Positions 14,348 through 30,000 of a stretch of DNA of 64,000 bases are shown here, piece after piece. Below the pieces are notes generated by a model. It saw only the letters and a list, made by a program, of their open reading frames with translations, was not told where the DNA came from and made no database searches. The position numbers were made by a program, and so were the translations under genes. The stretch is from Octopus bimaculoides (lineage: Eukaryota): the NCBI RefSeq assembly GCF_001194135.2, contig NC_068998.1:35156433-35220432 (forward strand), in the 5' to 3' direction. Position 1 is the stretch's first letter. Every line of letters begins with the position of its first letter.

Positions 14348-17300
14348 GTAAATATTTCTACTTCCATTGCTTTAAGCATGATTCTTGTGAGATTAAAGAA
14401 ATGAAGCACTGACTATGTAGTTAGCAGCTGAAATTTTACTGCATACATTGTAGTAAGCCAAGAGCTTTTAAATAATTAAAATTGCATTTTCAATGATACA
14501 ACAATAATTTTCTAAATAACTATTTTGAGTGAAAACAAGAGAAACAATTCCAAAATTTCACTTCATTAAAATGAATTAATTATGGAATGCAGTGGAGAGA
14601 GAGTTTGATGTTTATAGTAAGATGACAACTTAAGACATGTTTCAGTGTTATTAAACCTCCTCAGGAAAGCATACTCTAACCAGAAGATCTTTGATTATTA
14701 GAGAAGTAGACATCTAAGAACTGCAATAATGATTAAACTGTCCTTCAACTAAAAAGTTGATATTCTATGCTAATAAAGTATGTCCTACTATACATGGTTA
14801 ACAAAAGAAAAATCTTTGTACAGATATTCAGCCTGCTAAAAACAGCTGCTATATGCCCTACCATCTTATTTGGGAAGAACACATTAGATTGGATGATCAA
14901 ATCTAGAAGGAATTAAATCATAATTCTATTTGATCAAAAGTGACTTGGGGTGAGTGGTGAGGGTAACAAACAAGGATAATGGGGTAACAACACACTTTCA
15001 GCCACTGTCTTTCTTGAGTAAGCAGATTGCTTAATTTGTAAACTTCAGTACTGTTAATCAAGTTAGGAAAGACGTTTGCCTGTGCTTCTCGGAAAGTTGG
15101 AGTTGGAGATTCATAACTCAATACCTCAATATACACATAAAAATCAGAAATAACTATTTTACTGTGACACTATGATTCATGACGGAAAATGTTTTGTGGA
15201 TGAACTTAATATTTGAAAAGATAGGTTTTTACATTTTTTATCGAATATTATGGAAATGAGTTTAAAAAGAGGAATTGAAGAAAAACAGCAAACCACACTG
15301 TTGTCAACTCATTGAAATATTCTTGATTCAATAGCAGCTTAATAAAATTCTACTTTCCCTTCTTCTAAAAGCTAAAACAATGAGATATGACATGAAGATA
15401 GATAATATCAGTTACTTAGTCATCATAGTTTTAAATTTGATATGCATTTATTCCAAGACAGACTTATTCTAATGAAAGATCATAAAAGTAACAGTGACTA
15501 TATAAGAAATAAGTTAGAAAAACTTCTATGTAGGTGCTTGAAGAGATCACTCTATAACTGCTGCTCCATAATTCAGTATTAAACATAATAGAAGAAATAA
15601 CTTTAGACATGTTTAGCCAATGTGACTCTGAATGCCACGATATTCTATGTGGTCTTCTTTACAAGTGTGTATACATCAATAACTTTTGCTTCCTGTCCCA
15701 AAGAACTGTATCAGGTCTATTTTACTCACATTGGGTTGCTATTTTTATTGAAATATTCCACCATACTGGTTCTTGCATGCCTTTGGTATGGCCATCAAGA
15801 CAATCCTTCTTCATATAGCATTGTCTTGGCAACAATGTAATGTATCAGAGGAAGGTAGTGTCTTGCAAATAGTTTTGGATGGTTGCAGATGGTATGAGTG
15901 GTATGATATATGAGTGATATTTGTGGCACGCTTGACATTTTCTGTTGATCAGATATTTAATAGTTATCTCTTGCTTCTGGACAACAAATGTGAACCTTTT
16001 TCAGTAAGATATGGTATATTTCTCCAGGAGAAGCTACTATTCTTGTCAATGTTGCTGGTATTCTCTACGGGTATATATTTATGCACTCAAGTCTCTGTTT
16101 AAGTTGGTCAGTCCAGTAACACTTAGAGTACTTGTCCAGGAGATTTTTTTACCTATCTCACCATGTTATTACCTTCATTGTTAAGTGATGTGATGCACTC
16201 GTTTCTCTCTTTACTGTTCAATAGATGTTGTCTAAATGATAGGATGCAGAATCTTGACTGGCTCAGGCTCCTTCCCACATTTGTTCCTTTAACATAGATT
16301 CTGTGTGTGTCACTGTTGATGTGAAAGTTACAAGTGATTGCTAGTATGTTTTTAGTTTTGATGTCCAAACTGTAGATTTCTTCAAGTGTCTAATCTCATA
16401 TCCTAAACATTGGTGCTAGCACAGGCACAGTGAAAGTATTGTGGGATCTAGTTATATTGAATGCAGGCAGCTCTGACTCTCACATCTTCTGAAGTAGTGT
16501 TTTGTCTCTAGTTATACTTACAGCACCAACTTATAAAATATTTTCATTTATCCTGAGGTATTTGTAATATTCATCACCAAGATAGGAATTAAAGACAAGC
16601 CAATGGTAGCTATCTCCTTGCTTGCTTAACAATTTATTCTTTGTTTCAGTACCAAACATGAACACTTATCCTAATCAAATCCCATTCCTTTGTCATTTGA
16701 AAATGTTGTGACCATTTCTAAATGTCTGTGGAGTCTTGAATACTAACTCAAACATAGCTTTAAGTCATCAACAAGAAAGATGTTGGTGATATTAATTTTT
16801 CTTTCCTATGCAAATCATATCATATAACCTTTGTATTTACTTAATAGTGCTAACATAGGACTCACTGCTAGGACAAAAAGTATTACAGATGAGATGTCAC
16901 TCTGAAATATTCCTATTGATAGCCTAATTCTGTTAAGTGACTTTAGTGGTAGCTTCAGTTCTTATTGGTAGCTCTGTGGACGATGTTATTGTTAGTCTCT
17001 TAATGGCATCCTGTATAGCAGTTGAGCCCTTAGTGAGACATTGTGATTCTATTATCCATGAGTAACCAAGAGGCAAATGCTTTCTTGTAGTCTAGTTGTT
17101 CAAATTTATTCCTTTTCTCCTGCTAGCTCATCGGTCACCACATTCTTTCACTGTGATCCTGGAGGAATAAAGTCAAACATTCTGTGTATAATGTGTACAT
17201 CACACTCAAGCACGCTGTGGGCCATTTATGTCTCCTGCTAATACTGTTGTATGTGCAACATCAACCACTCTGGCACATGAAGCTCAGCTTTCACTGTTTC

Positions 17301-19876
17301 TTGAACAGGTTGATGAGGGCTATTTTGTAGAATGTGAACTTTCTGTACCAATAACCAACTATCTTATCTTTTTTTGGTAATTTGCCTTTCAGTAGGATTG
17401 CCGCAATCATCACAGAAGTTTAACTGTTGTCATGCAGTTCATTTAGTCACACTGCAACTCGGTTGTGTTGTTTGTTTAAATTCCAGTCCCCACCTCAGAA
17501 TGACTCAAGATTATGCTGGGAAGGAGACTTTCATTACCTCGATTTTATGGCCATTCATACTGCAATATATTGCTTGGCATGTGAGTAAAACTTGGGATTG
17601 ATAGCCTTGCATTGTTGTCGTTTTTTACAGTAATAAAGTGTTGCACCTGCCACTGACAGATCCTGTTTATGTGAAATTAGCTTGCTTGCCTGTACCTTTT
17701 CTCAACATTTCCCATAGGATTTAGATAATCTATCATGAAATTACAGCTGGAGGTTCATGAACTTATTATTCACTTTGCACTTAATTATAGTGTCTAACTG
17801 TCAAACATTTTTTCTGTGTCTGTTGATATTTGTCAGAAGAGAGGACATCTCTTTTGATTGTTGTTTTTTTTTCTCTCTCTCTCTTTTTTTTTTTTTTTTT
17901 TTGCTTGCTACAATCAATCTCTTTTACTCCTATCTGTTGGTAAATGGTAATTGCAACACAGTGTAGAACATTCAATGTCTAAAAGCTGGAATTCTCAGTC
18001 AGTGCTACGTGTTCCTTAGATACTTGGTCTATTGTGTATAACATAAGGTCAGTAGCATTATTATTGATTAGTGTGGTAATTGTTCTCTCATGGAATTCTT
18101 TATTAATGTAGACTGTGAGATGTACTTTGAGTCGTTTATATTTCTCACTAATTACCACAGTTCGTTCTTTGTCAGTTGCTGCTCATTTGTGTAATCTCAG
18201 AATGTTTCTCTCACTTTTGTTATTGCATCAGTTGTGGTCTTTGGTGCTTATGGTCCTCTCAGGTGAAGAATTCACTGGCCTAGTTTGACTCTTATTTAAT
18301 GAGCGATTCTAGTAGCTGGTAGGGATAAGAGTAAATTTTCTCTCAATGAAGGTTGCTTGTTGTCATAGTTGTTTGGTATTGAAGTATGAATAGTTAGGGT
18401 GTTTTAAATCTCAGTCACTTTTTCTCCTTTTCGCATAACTAATTCAGGGATCTTTCTTAACTATTCTATGGAACTGATAGAGGTCTTGATTCAATTCAAA
18501 GTCCACCATAAATTTCTCCTTAGTTCTATGACCTGTGAAAGCTGACCCCAATTTCCTCTCCAACCATCTTGAGGGTAGTGGTAATTCCATGTGTTGAGTT
18601 TCAGTTGATTTTCGCCTCTTAATCGCTGCTAGAATCTTCCATAAAAAGTTGCTTAATTGCATTTTCAGAAGATAACCAATTTTTACTTTTTATTTCTTTT
18701 ATTAGGCTTGTATCAATAGCAAAGGCTCTAATGAATTGCATTTGTTACATGGAAAATGAATAGTCCCTGTATGTCAATATGACTAACTTCAATGCCATAT
18801 TATGCATTTATTTATGCATGCATGTATATGTACATGCATATCTATACATGTATGTACTGTATGCATACACCATCATCATTACATTTGCTTACCATGCTGG
18901 CAGAAGTCAGAGGGTCTTCCCAGTGCAGTCAGTTCTTACTTGGAATCACTGCTCTCATTAATTGATGCATATACATGTCATTTCTGTCTGGTTTCTATGG
19001 ATACCCTTCCTATCACCAACCACATTACAGTATATATTGGGTGCATTTTATTAGCAAGTCAAGACTAAAGGTTTCTCCCAACCTTTTGCTTTCTTCACTC
19101 ATTTACCAACTACTTTACAGTGTATACTGCATGTTTTTTTCAGTGTAGCAACAGTACAGGGGTTGTCAAGTCCCCATCAAGACAAGACCTAAGAGACTTT
19201 GCAGGAGACTGCTTTTCCTCTACTTAGTAACTAATCACAATAGGGAATGCACTAATGGGGGAGGGGTGTTTCACCATTGCACCAGTAGAGGGAGGGATAC
19301 CTTGTATATTGTAAGTGTAGAGAGTATGAAAAAAATTTGCCTCAAATAGATTCCATAGGATCCATATAAGCATGGAAAAGTGGACATTACATGATGATGA
19401 TAATGATAAGTGTGTGTGTGTGGGGGGGTGTATTATGACACACCATTAGTTACGACGACGAAGGTTCTAATTGATCCGATCAACGGAACAACCTACTCAT
19501 GAAATTAACGTGCAAGTGGCTGAGCACTCCACAGACACATGTACCCTTAACTTAGGTCTCAGGGAGATTGAGCGGGACACAGTGTGTGACAAGGCTGGCC
19601 CTTTGAAATACAGGTACAACTGAAACAGGAAGAAAGAGTGAGAGAAAGTTGTGGTGAAAGAGTACAGCAGGGTTCGCCACCACCCCCTGCTGGAGACTCA
19701 TGGAGATTTAGGTGTTTTTGTTCAATAAACACTCACAACGCCCTGTCTGGGAATCGAAACTGCAATCCTATGACCACGAGTACGCCGCTCTAACCACTGG
19801 GCCATTGCACCTCCACACACACACACACACGCACACACACACACATATAGATAGATAGATAGATAGATAGATAGAC

Positions 19877-19955
<79 letters not shown>

Positions 19956-20155
19956 GAGAGAGAGAGAGATAGATAGGTGCAGTGTGGCTGTGTGGTAATA
20001 AGCTTGCTTCCCAACCACATGGTTTCATGGTTCAGTCCCACTGCATGACACCTTGGCCAAGTGCCTTCTACTATAGCCTTGAGCTGACCAAAATCTTGTG
20101 AGTGGATTTGGTTGATGGAAATTGAAAAAAACCTCATTGTGTGTATACATACATA

Positions 20156-20243
<88 letters not shown>

Positions 20244-20789
20244 TGTGTGTCTTTGTGTCTCTTCTGTCCCCCACCACTGCTTGACAACTTAACGGTTTAG
20301 TAAAAGAAGCTGATAGAATTGGTACCAAGCTTTAAAAAAAAATAAGTACTGGGGTCTATTCATTGGACTTGAAATTCTTCAAGGCTATACCCCAGTATGG
20401 CCGCAGTCTAATGACTGAAACAAGTAAATGATAAATGATAAATTTGTATGTGTGTGTGTGTGTGTGTGTGTATGCAAGCTTGGTTGTGTGGAAATGAAGT
20501 TTTGCTTCCTAACCAAATGGTTATGGATTCAGTCTCACTGCATGGCACCTTGAGTAAGTGTCTTTTACTATGGCCCTGGGCCAACCAAAGCCATGTGAGG
20601 GAATTTGGTAGACGCGAACTGAAAGAAGCCCTTCATTTGTGTGTGTGTGTGTGTGTGTGTGTGAGTGAATGTGTGTGTGTGTATATGTGTGAGTGTGTGT
20701 TTGTGCATATAGTACATATGTATGTATGATATATGTATACATGTACATATATTTATATAACAGTTAATATAATAAATGTTTAAGTGTGG

Positions 20790-20831
<42 letters not shown>

Positions 20832-23229
20832 TCATGCACACACAAATTTTACACATATGTACATACATACATACATACATACATAATCTCTTTCACACGC
20901 ACACAAACATGTTAAATTGATGAGGTAATTATTTTAAACCAAGTTTAAGAATAACAACAGTAAACAATGATAGGTGTCTCAGTAGTGAGAGTAGTTAAAT
21001 TTATGACAAGGACTTCGAAGTTTCACCTGACTGTTAATTTATCAGTGAAGAAAGTTTCACTTCTGAAGTTTATGTGAGAAAATAAAGAGAAAAACTGCAG
21101 CAAAAGAAGCAGGTGTTTAAGTAGCAGTTTACATTAGTTGAAAAGTTATGTTATTTCATTGGTAGTTGAAATCTGATAAAATAGTTTGAATGTCAGGCAA
21201 ATATAAAGACTACTCTCACCCCTTACACAATTAATGAGACAAGGTGAGACAGGCAAAGGTCAAAAAGGGTATATATCTATTTGTTTATCTGTCTGTCAAT
21301 CTATCTATCTGTGTGTGTGACTGTCAATCTATCTATGTGTCTGTCTGTCCATTTATCTATCTGTCTGTCTGTCTATCTATGTACATGTGTGTGTGTGTGT
21401 GGATATATATATATATATATATATATGCATGTGTGTATGTATATACATACATATATGTATAATACTTAATTTAGTAATTATAGATGGGAAAATATATTAA
21501 AATAAATGAAAAATGAAAACATAAATACATATAGACTATTATTAATGAATTTAAAAAATAACTAGAAATGATTTGGTTATGTCTTAGGATGGTCATTCAT
21601 GTGTGAAAAAAAGAACTGGAGATTGGTATTCAGGCAGCTAATTTAATTGACTGGTTAAACTGAAGTCCCAAAAGGTTTTAATCCCAAATAAGTATCAAAG
21701 TGTGATGAAGTATAAATGTAGTTGTTTGTGTAGATGTGTGTGTGTGTGTGTGTTTGTAAATATGTGTGGATGTGTATTGTTCACAAACAACACTATTGAC
21801 CAGACTATCAGATGATTTTATAAAATGCTGGTCACAATGGGCTTTCAATTCTTTCTTGATTGCACCTTCTTTTCCTCTTAGCAAAATTTTTCAACTAAAT
21901 TGTCTTTTCATCATCATGGATGCCTTCTATGTGTGTGGGGGGGAGGACACTTTTTCTTCCAATCTCTTGGATCGGTGCAGGTATGGCTGTGTAGTAAGAT
22001 AGGTGCTCTGTGTTAAGATGCTTGCTTCCTAACCACATGGTTCCAGGTTCAGTCCCACTGCATAGCACATTATGCAAGTGTCTTCTACTATAACCTCATT
22101 CCAACCAAAGTGTCTTCTCCTGTAGCCTCAGGCTGACCAAAGCTTCGTGAGTGGATTTGGTAGATAGAAACTGAAAAACGACCATCATATATGTGTGTGT
22201 GTCTGTCTTTGTGTCTATGTTTGTCCCCCCCCCCCATCACCGTTTGACAACCTGTGTTGGTGTGTTTATTTTTATTTCCGACAAAAAAGACTAATAGAAT
22301 GAGTACTAGGCTTAAAAGTTAAGTCCTGGAGTTGATTTGTTTGACTAAAATTCTTCAAAGCAGTGCTCCAGCATGGCTGCAGTCAAATGCCTGAAACAAG
22401 TAAAAAAATAAAAGAATACTACTTAACAACTACATGGTTTTGCCTGTTGTCTCTGAACCTTGCAACATGTCCAACCCCACAAGGCATGTGCATTTGGTAT
22501 TCTGCTATCATGTCATTCACTCTGCTCCATTCTTGAATAACGAAACCCATCAATCAGTTGCAGACTATGCTGATAGAGCTGAACACTCATAGCTCAGCAG
22601 CATACCTTAAAGTGAACCGTTTACAAGTATACCTTGTATTAAAAGCCTACAAAAGAATTTTTTCTAATATTCTCAAAAAAATTCAAGTTTATGTACTAGT
22701 TCAAAAGAAAAAGTAACAAAGGAAATCTTATGTATTAACATAAATGTATTGAGACATCTATTATTGTTAAAATATTAATGTTACTAAGTACTAACAAAAA
22801 GTGCAACTGAAATTGGAGTGAGATGCAAATGATGTGAAGAAAAGTTGCAAAAAGTTAAAATAAGCTTAAATGAATGATACAGTACTCACTCACAGTAAAT
22901 TCCTTATAAAAGCTAATTGTAGTTGATATATTACGACCTACACATATGCATGACACTCACACACACACAACAGTCACACACACATGCACACATACACACA
23001 TATTCACGCACACACACACACACATACAGATTCGAAGGAATTCAGTGAAACTTTAATTAAATTTCAATTATGGTAATCATAAAAGATTTGCCCCTAAACA
23101 TATAATTGTGCATGGAACTTTGCTTTAAAGAAAATGCTTATAACTTGCTAGTTCAGCTGAGTGCTACAGAAAATTCCAAGTGTAAAATTATATATAATCT
23201 GTATGAATAAAAAGAATAAGGTGAGAATG

Positions 23230-23284
<55 letters not shown>

Positions 23285-24184
23285 ATAAAGATATAAAGTA
23301 GAATTTTGGTAAAAATATGATTTTGACATGTGTGTGAAAGAATTTATGTGACTCATTTATAAAAGTGGAATAAAACTATGCAAAATAAGTCATGCCTAAA
23401 TCTTGCATATATTTATGAATGAACCTCGACACAAAGGTTTTGTATGCATATCAAATAAAAATACAAAGGAAAATATGCAAATTCTAAACTCAGAAATATA
23501 AGTCAATGCAAACAAGTATGTATATGTGTCTGTGTGTGTATATATACATATATATATATATATATAATTATGTGTATTTCTTCTATCTTAATGAATAAAC
23601 ATTCTTCTGATAGAATAAATGGGTTAATAGAAACCAATGTAGCAAAGAACACAAAATAACTGTGGTTAGCTCCTGTTTTTAAGGCAGGAACTCCTTGAAA
23701 TTTTGGGTATTTGAGTATATTTAAGAATTTAAGGATTGGAGAAAATGCATGTTATAATTGCATACTTTATTCCTACATATGTTTCAAAGGATTACAACCT
23801 GTGTGATCCATAGGGATCTTTGATATTAAAATTGTAACCTTCTCATCAGGGAAAGCATGGGAATCATCTTAAACGTAAGACATTATGACCGATTATGAAA
23901 ACAATAGATGGATAAGGTTATGACTTGATTCNNNNNNNNNNNNNNNNNNNNNNNNNNNNNNNNNNNNNNNNNNNNNNNNNNNNNNNNNNNNNNNNNNNNN
24001 NNNNNNNNNNNNNNNNNNNNNNNNNNNNNNNNNNNNNNNNNNNNNNNNNNNNNNNNNNNNNNNNNNNNNNNNNNNNNNNNNNNNNNNNNNNNNNNNNNNN
24101 NNNNNNNNNNNNNNNNNNNNNNNNNNNNNNNNNNNNNNNNNNNNGTATGCAATTATAACATGCGTTTTCTCCAATCCTTAAATT

Positions 24185-24245
<61 letters not shown>

Positions 24246-25666
24246 GGGAGGGGGGATTCATATAATCTTATATCCATATGTGAATGAATACATATTCATA
24301 CACGGCTGACAGAAGAACACAAGTTTCATTCATTTGCTTACCACTGTTTCTGCTATAAGGAGCTGTGCACCTATAGTTGAGTGCCAGTGCAAAATTTTAT
24401 AGCTTCCCCAGAGCCCCAATAATTATACTCTGTACTAATCTGGTGGTTCACATGCTGTGAAGTATAAGTATATTGAGTTCTAACTACTGGTCATTTGTAC
24501 CACTATGGCTAAGCAGAATCAAGAAACATATACTCACGTATGTACATACATACATGCACACACATACATACATACATACATACATACATACATACATACG
24601 TATGTACGTACGTACGTACGTACATACATGCATATATGAGGTGCATTCAAAACTATCCAACTTTATTCTTTCCTGCCAAAACTAATTGTGCATGGGCAAA
24701 ATTCTTTGGGTGAGAGGTAATGCCACCCTTCCTGCACATGTGTTAAAATTTTCACACCAGTAGGCTGTGTCAGTTCCCTGCTGTGACATCTAGAGTAATC
24801 ATAGTTTTAAAATATGGACAGTCTAAATCTGCAACCTGTTTACAGTTTCAGATGGAAAGCTGTGTGATCTAAGGGAGAGTTAGCTGTTGTTTCTAGCACA
24901 TCCCCTGACCACCTGGTAGTTTCCTAGTTTCTTTGTCGCTATCATGTGTATTGATGTTCTTTGATATTTTTCTTCCAATATACACATTTTATGGAATGAT
25001 AATGTGGTGGTCCTTTGTTGGGATTTAAGCAACAACAAAAACTTTGTCATGTAAATCTTTAACCAACATTTTGCACATAGTCATAGAAGTCAATTTAGCT
25101 TGTATCTGACCTCATTTCAGGTATGCAGTATTAACAAGCCGCAAAGATAACGAAACATTAATGTCTATTGTTACTGTAACTGGACTTGATGCAAGTTATC
25201 TTGCTTGTTTATGACTTCTAGGCATTTTAACACCAGGTGAATTCATAAGAATATATACTTACAATCGCAGCCTGCCCATGAACTGACAAAACACATACCT
25301 TGTGTGTGTGTGTGTGTGTGTTTATATATATATATATATGTGTGTATGTGTGTGTATGTATGTGTGTATATATACATACATATAACACATCTATACATAC
25401 ACATATGATGAATTCTTCTGTCGAAGACAATGTGTGAGTGTTCAGCTTGCCAGTGATCAAATGTTTGTGCTGCAGACATTGTTTGAACCAGTGTACTGTA
25501 TAGCATGTGTCAGGTGTCAGAGTAATCGCAGAGCAACGTAAGATGTAGTGTTTTACTCAAGAACACAACATACCACTTGGTCTAGAAATTGAAACCATGG
25601 TATCATGAGTACAGCATCCTAACCAGTAGGCCAAGCACCCTCATACATATCTACATACTTATACAC

Positions 25667-25711
<45 letters not shown>

Positions 25712-26627
25712 CATCTATACACACAGAGAAACACACATACACATATATATGATCATCTGCTTCATTTAATGTCTATTTTCCATGCTGGTATGATTTAGAT
25801 GGTTTGACTGGAGGTGGTAAGCCAGAGAACTGCTCCAGGCTCCAATCTGTTTTGGTTTAGTTTCTATGGCTTGATGTCTTTCCTAACGCCAACCATTCCA
25901 CAGAATGTACTGGGTGCCTTTTACATGTCACCAGTATCAGTGTTTTTGGCATGTTACCAGCACAGGCCTTTCAATGTGTCACCAGCACAGGTGCCATTCA
26001 TGCATTCTCAGCACCGATCACAACTACATTTCCACTTAGCTTGACATGTCTTCTCAAGCATATCAATTCGCCAGAAGTCCCGGTCACTTGTCATTGCTAC
26101 TGTAGAGCTTGACAAGGATGCCCTGCAAACCCTGGTGGAACAAAATCCCTTCGTAACTGTTGGGTAACTAGCAGAGAAGCTTGGATCTCATCATTCAACC
26201 ATTCATCGACACCTGTGTGCCATCAAAAAGGACAACAAATTGGGTCAATGGTTTCCTCACAAACTTTCCAAGTCTAATTGTGTGCAGAGAGCGAATGTGT
26301 ACTCTTCTTTACTGTCACGTCTCATCAATGAACCTTTTGGGGACCGATAGTGACTGGTGTCAAGAAATGGGTTCTTTATAAAAATGCCAAGTGCTGAAGA
26401 CGGTGAGTCGGGAAGACAGCAGGTTTACCCATTTACAGCTGAGAGGTCTGGAGCAATGTAAAATAAAGTGTTTTGCTGAAGAAAACAATGCACCAACAGT
26501 CTGGGAATTGAAACTACAATCTTGCAATCATGAATGCAACATCCTAACCTCGTTACACACACACACACACACACACTTATAAATCATATTTTCATATATA
26601 GCTTATCCCCATATATCCATTTATGCC

Positions 26628-26665
<38 letters not shown>

Positions 26666-26983
26666 TAATTGTACACATACATATGTACTTACATATGGAC
26701 GGACATACAGGCAAACAGACATAGATATCTACATGTGCGCATACAATCATGCAGACGTAGACATGCATACATATCTAAAACTCGCAAATGTAAATATAAA
26801 CCTATTATTATTAAACTTCTTTAAGTATTTTATTTTCACCTGATATTATTACTCCTTCATCAATGAACTTCAACCAACACACTACCTTCCTTTATTATTG
26901 TTGATTTTCACTCCACCAACCTATCCCAGCCATTTACTCTTCTGAATGTCTTTTTTTCCTTTGTATTTTTTTGCAATTTATTT

Positions 26984-27032
<49 letters not shown>

Positions 27033-30000
27033 TCTCTCTGCCTTCCAAGAACTGTCAATAGTGATTACTATAGGATTAAGGTTAAGAGTAACAGCACTAA
27101 TAACATTAACAACAGCAGCAATAAGGATTTCTTTTATTTGCTATAAGAGTGAGAAAAAAAAGAAGGCATCTGGGTGGGGTTTACATGCAATCAGTTATGG
27201 AAAGAAAACAGGTGGTGCGAACAGAACTATGAAAAAAGTATGGAATGTGTCAGTAAGGGTAAGCAACATTGGGCCAGCCAAAGTCCCTTGGGTTCATGAT
27301 TACCATCACTGCCCAGAATGTAAGAGAACTTTGGCAGTTGTGTTCTGGGCCTACAAACACAAGCTAAGGAGTGTACTGAGTACCTTTCAATAAATTTCTT
27401 GAAGAGGCACTCCTTCATTTCCACCCTTACTTTCTTCTCTAAGATGTTAAAAGAATTGGCCTAGTTAAGAGAATCACACATTTTTAAATGTTTATAATTT
27501 GGTTTTGGTTTTAGTCAGAAACACTGTTTTATTTTTGCTGCTCATCAATATTTTGCTATGTGTTTTGTCTTTTTTATTTTGAATATATATTTTTCTTTGC
27601 CTTGGTTTTTTTTTTTTACTTTGTTTCCTCATTGTTATACACACATGTCAAAGAATTGCACCTCTACTATTGTATTGCCTAATATAATCAGCTTCTGTCT
27701 GTGTCATTTAACAATGAGTTAGTATAGAAATAATATAAAAAGTTGTTGTTGCTCCTTTTGCTGATGTAGCATAAGGTTTAAAGAAGGGCCCAGGTGTAGG
27801 AATTTATACAATATAGTAATGTGAAAAATCCTCAGTTGGTGCTACATGCTTTTCAGTCATACCGGTTATTGGGGGAAATGAAAACACAACTCCAGAGTAT
27901 CATAACAGTAAAAAAGATTTGCAAAGGTTTGGCAGAATACTTTCAAAAGAAACAAAATGGTTTGCAAAGACATAAATAATGGTTGTAGTGCTAATTCCTA
28001 GCTTAATGTAAATGATTTCTACTGTTTGACCATTGTCAAGATTCATTGTCAAGGTTCATTCAATTTAGCTGAATAATACCTTTCACTTACAGTGTCTTTG
28101 ATAAATTCTTGTATAGAATTAAAACTCTGTATTTACCTTTGATGATTTCAGCTGCAGTAGGATGAAAGTCAAGGGTATTATATTCAAGGGCTTAATTAAC
28201 CAGTGTTATTTGTAGAAATGTTCTGCAATATTGTCCAAGATTGAAGGACAATCAATTGTGTACCACTATGTAAATATTAGTTTTGTCATTACAAAACTAT
28301 GTTTATGTTTTAATAAAGAGCCTTGGCTTGTGGTGTCAGTAAATCCTGAATAATTGCTAAATAACAATGAAATAGGTTGGTTCAGTCTTCTTCCTATATT
28401 GCCTAATTTCATATCAAAGCTATTTACATGTATTTTGATACTCTGTCATCTACACATCACTCATCTTTTCATTGCTCACCCCTCTGCTCATCTCCCCTTC
28501 ACTTACTTTCTTCTCACTCACCCTCTCTTTTATTTAATGTATTTTGTTTACTCCCAGTGAAACTAAAGCAAACAGTGCCTTATACACTCTACCATTACTC
28601 TTTCTGTATTGCCTCCCCCCTCAGCCCTTGGCTGTTGACACCCATCACTCACTCTTATTATTATCTGCTTCCAACTCTGTTACTTCTATCATATTCTACT
28701 CTCTTTCTCTCTCTCTCTCATTCATTCATTCATTCATTCATTATTTCAGTCACTTTTTCTACCATCATGCTTTTGTACCTTGACCCACTCATCGTAATTC
28801 TTCTGTCATCGCTTTCTCTTTTATTTACTTCAGAAATCTTATCTTTCAGTGAATAAATACATCATAGAATACTGAGGACTCACTAATCTAATGGGATACA
28901 AGGTAACCTAATAGTGCTGGTGCCACAATGAAATGCACTCAGTAAACTTTACAAAGTTGTTCATGAGAAAGTGGAGTCGATAGTAGTTGCCTTGTTGAAA
29001 ATGTGACAGCCTCTCTAGTGCTGGTGATTGATTAAATGTACCCAGCACCTTCTGTAAAGTGGTTGGTGGAAGGACATCCAGCCATAGAAATCAAATCAAA
29101 AAGAAAATGTAATAATGGTAAACCAACCTATCTTAGACGGTAGTAACTCCCGATAAGAACTGACTTGGACTATGGTGACCCAGCCACCTTATGCAAGCTT
29201 GGAAAAAGACATAGAATGATAAAGAAGATTATGTATATAAATCCACAAATTTATTTATTCATGATTTTTGGTATCCACCAAAAGCTATAGTCTTGTAAGG
29301 AAACAGATGTACAGACGAAGATTCAGTATTCTCTCTCCATCTTTACCCAGCCACCATCTTTTCCCCTTTCTTTCCCTTGATGTTGCTGAGTCACTTTGGT
29401 TGTGGTCTTTCCATTATTCTTTTACAAAGAGTCTCTCCATGTAGGACCATATTCGCAATAGGTAGGATGTTATGGATGTCACATGATGTTGCATGACCAA
29501 TGCAGTTCATTTCTCACCTACTTTACTAATGAAGAACAATCTAATGACATAATGTTTCAGAAAGGTGGAAGTAGGTTAACAAAGGGATGAAGACGAATGA
29601 TATAAAAGATCTTTATCTATTCTACTGAGTTACTGTGGCAGGCGCAGCTTATTGTTCTGTGGATTCTATGTGTGCAGTTGAATACTGTGTGTATTTCTCT
29701 CTACCATTTTAGAATAGGTACACCATGTCCTTACATGTTGTATGAAAGGACTAAAAGTTTGAAACCTGTTCCTGCATAGAAAAAATCAAATGTAATATGA
29801 TGATGGTGGTGATAACAACAATGATGGCAGGGGTAGTATTCAATGAATTCTGCTGCCATCCCAATGATATCTGAAAGAAGAATCCTTGACTGGGTTTGTT
29901 TGTACAAACGTCATGTATGCTTTATGCAGGTGGCCTTTGATGAATTTCACTTTTACCAATTGGTACTCTTACGTTTGGAATGTAGATATATGATGAGTTT

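Noticed and set aside
19440-19814. tRNA gene
   Set aside because: Only the head is tRNA-like; it continues into a SINE body with no complete cloverleaf or acceptor stem.
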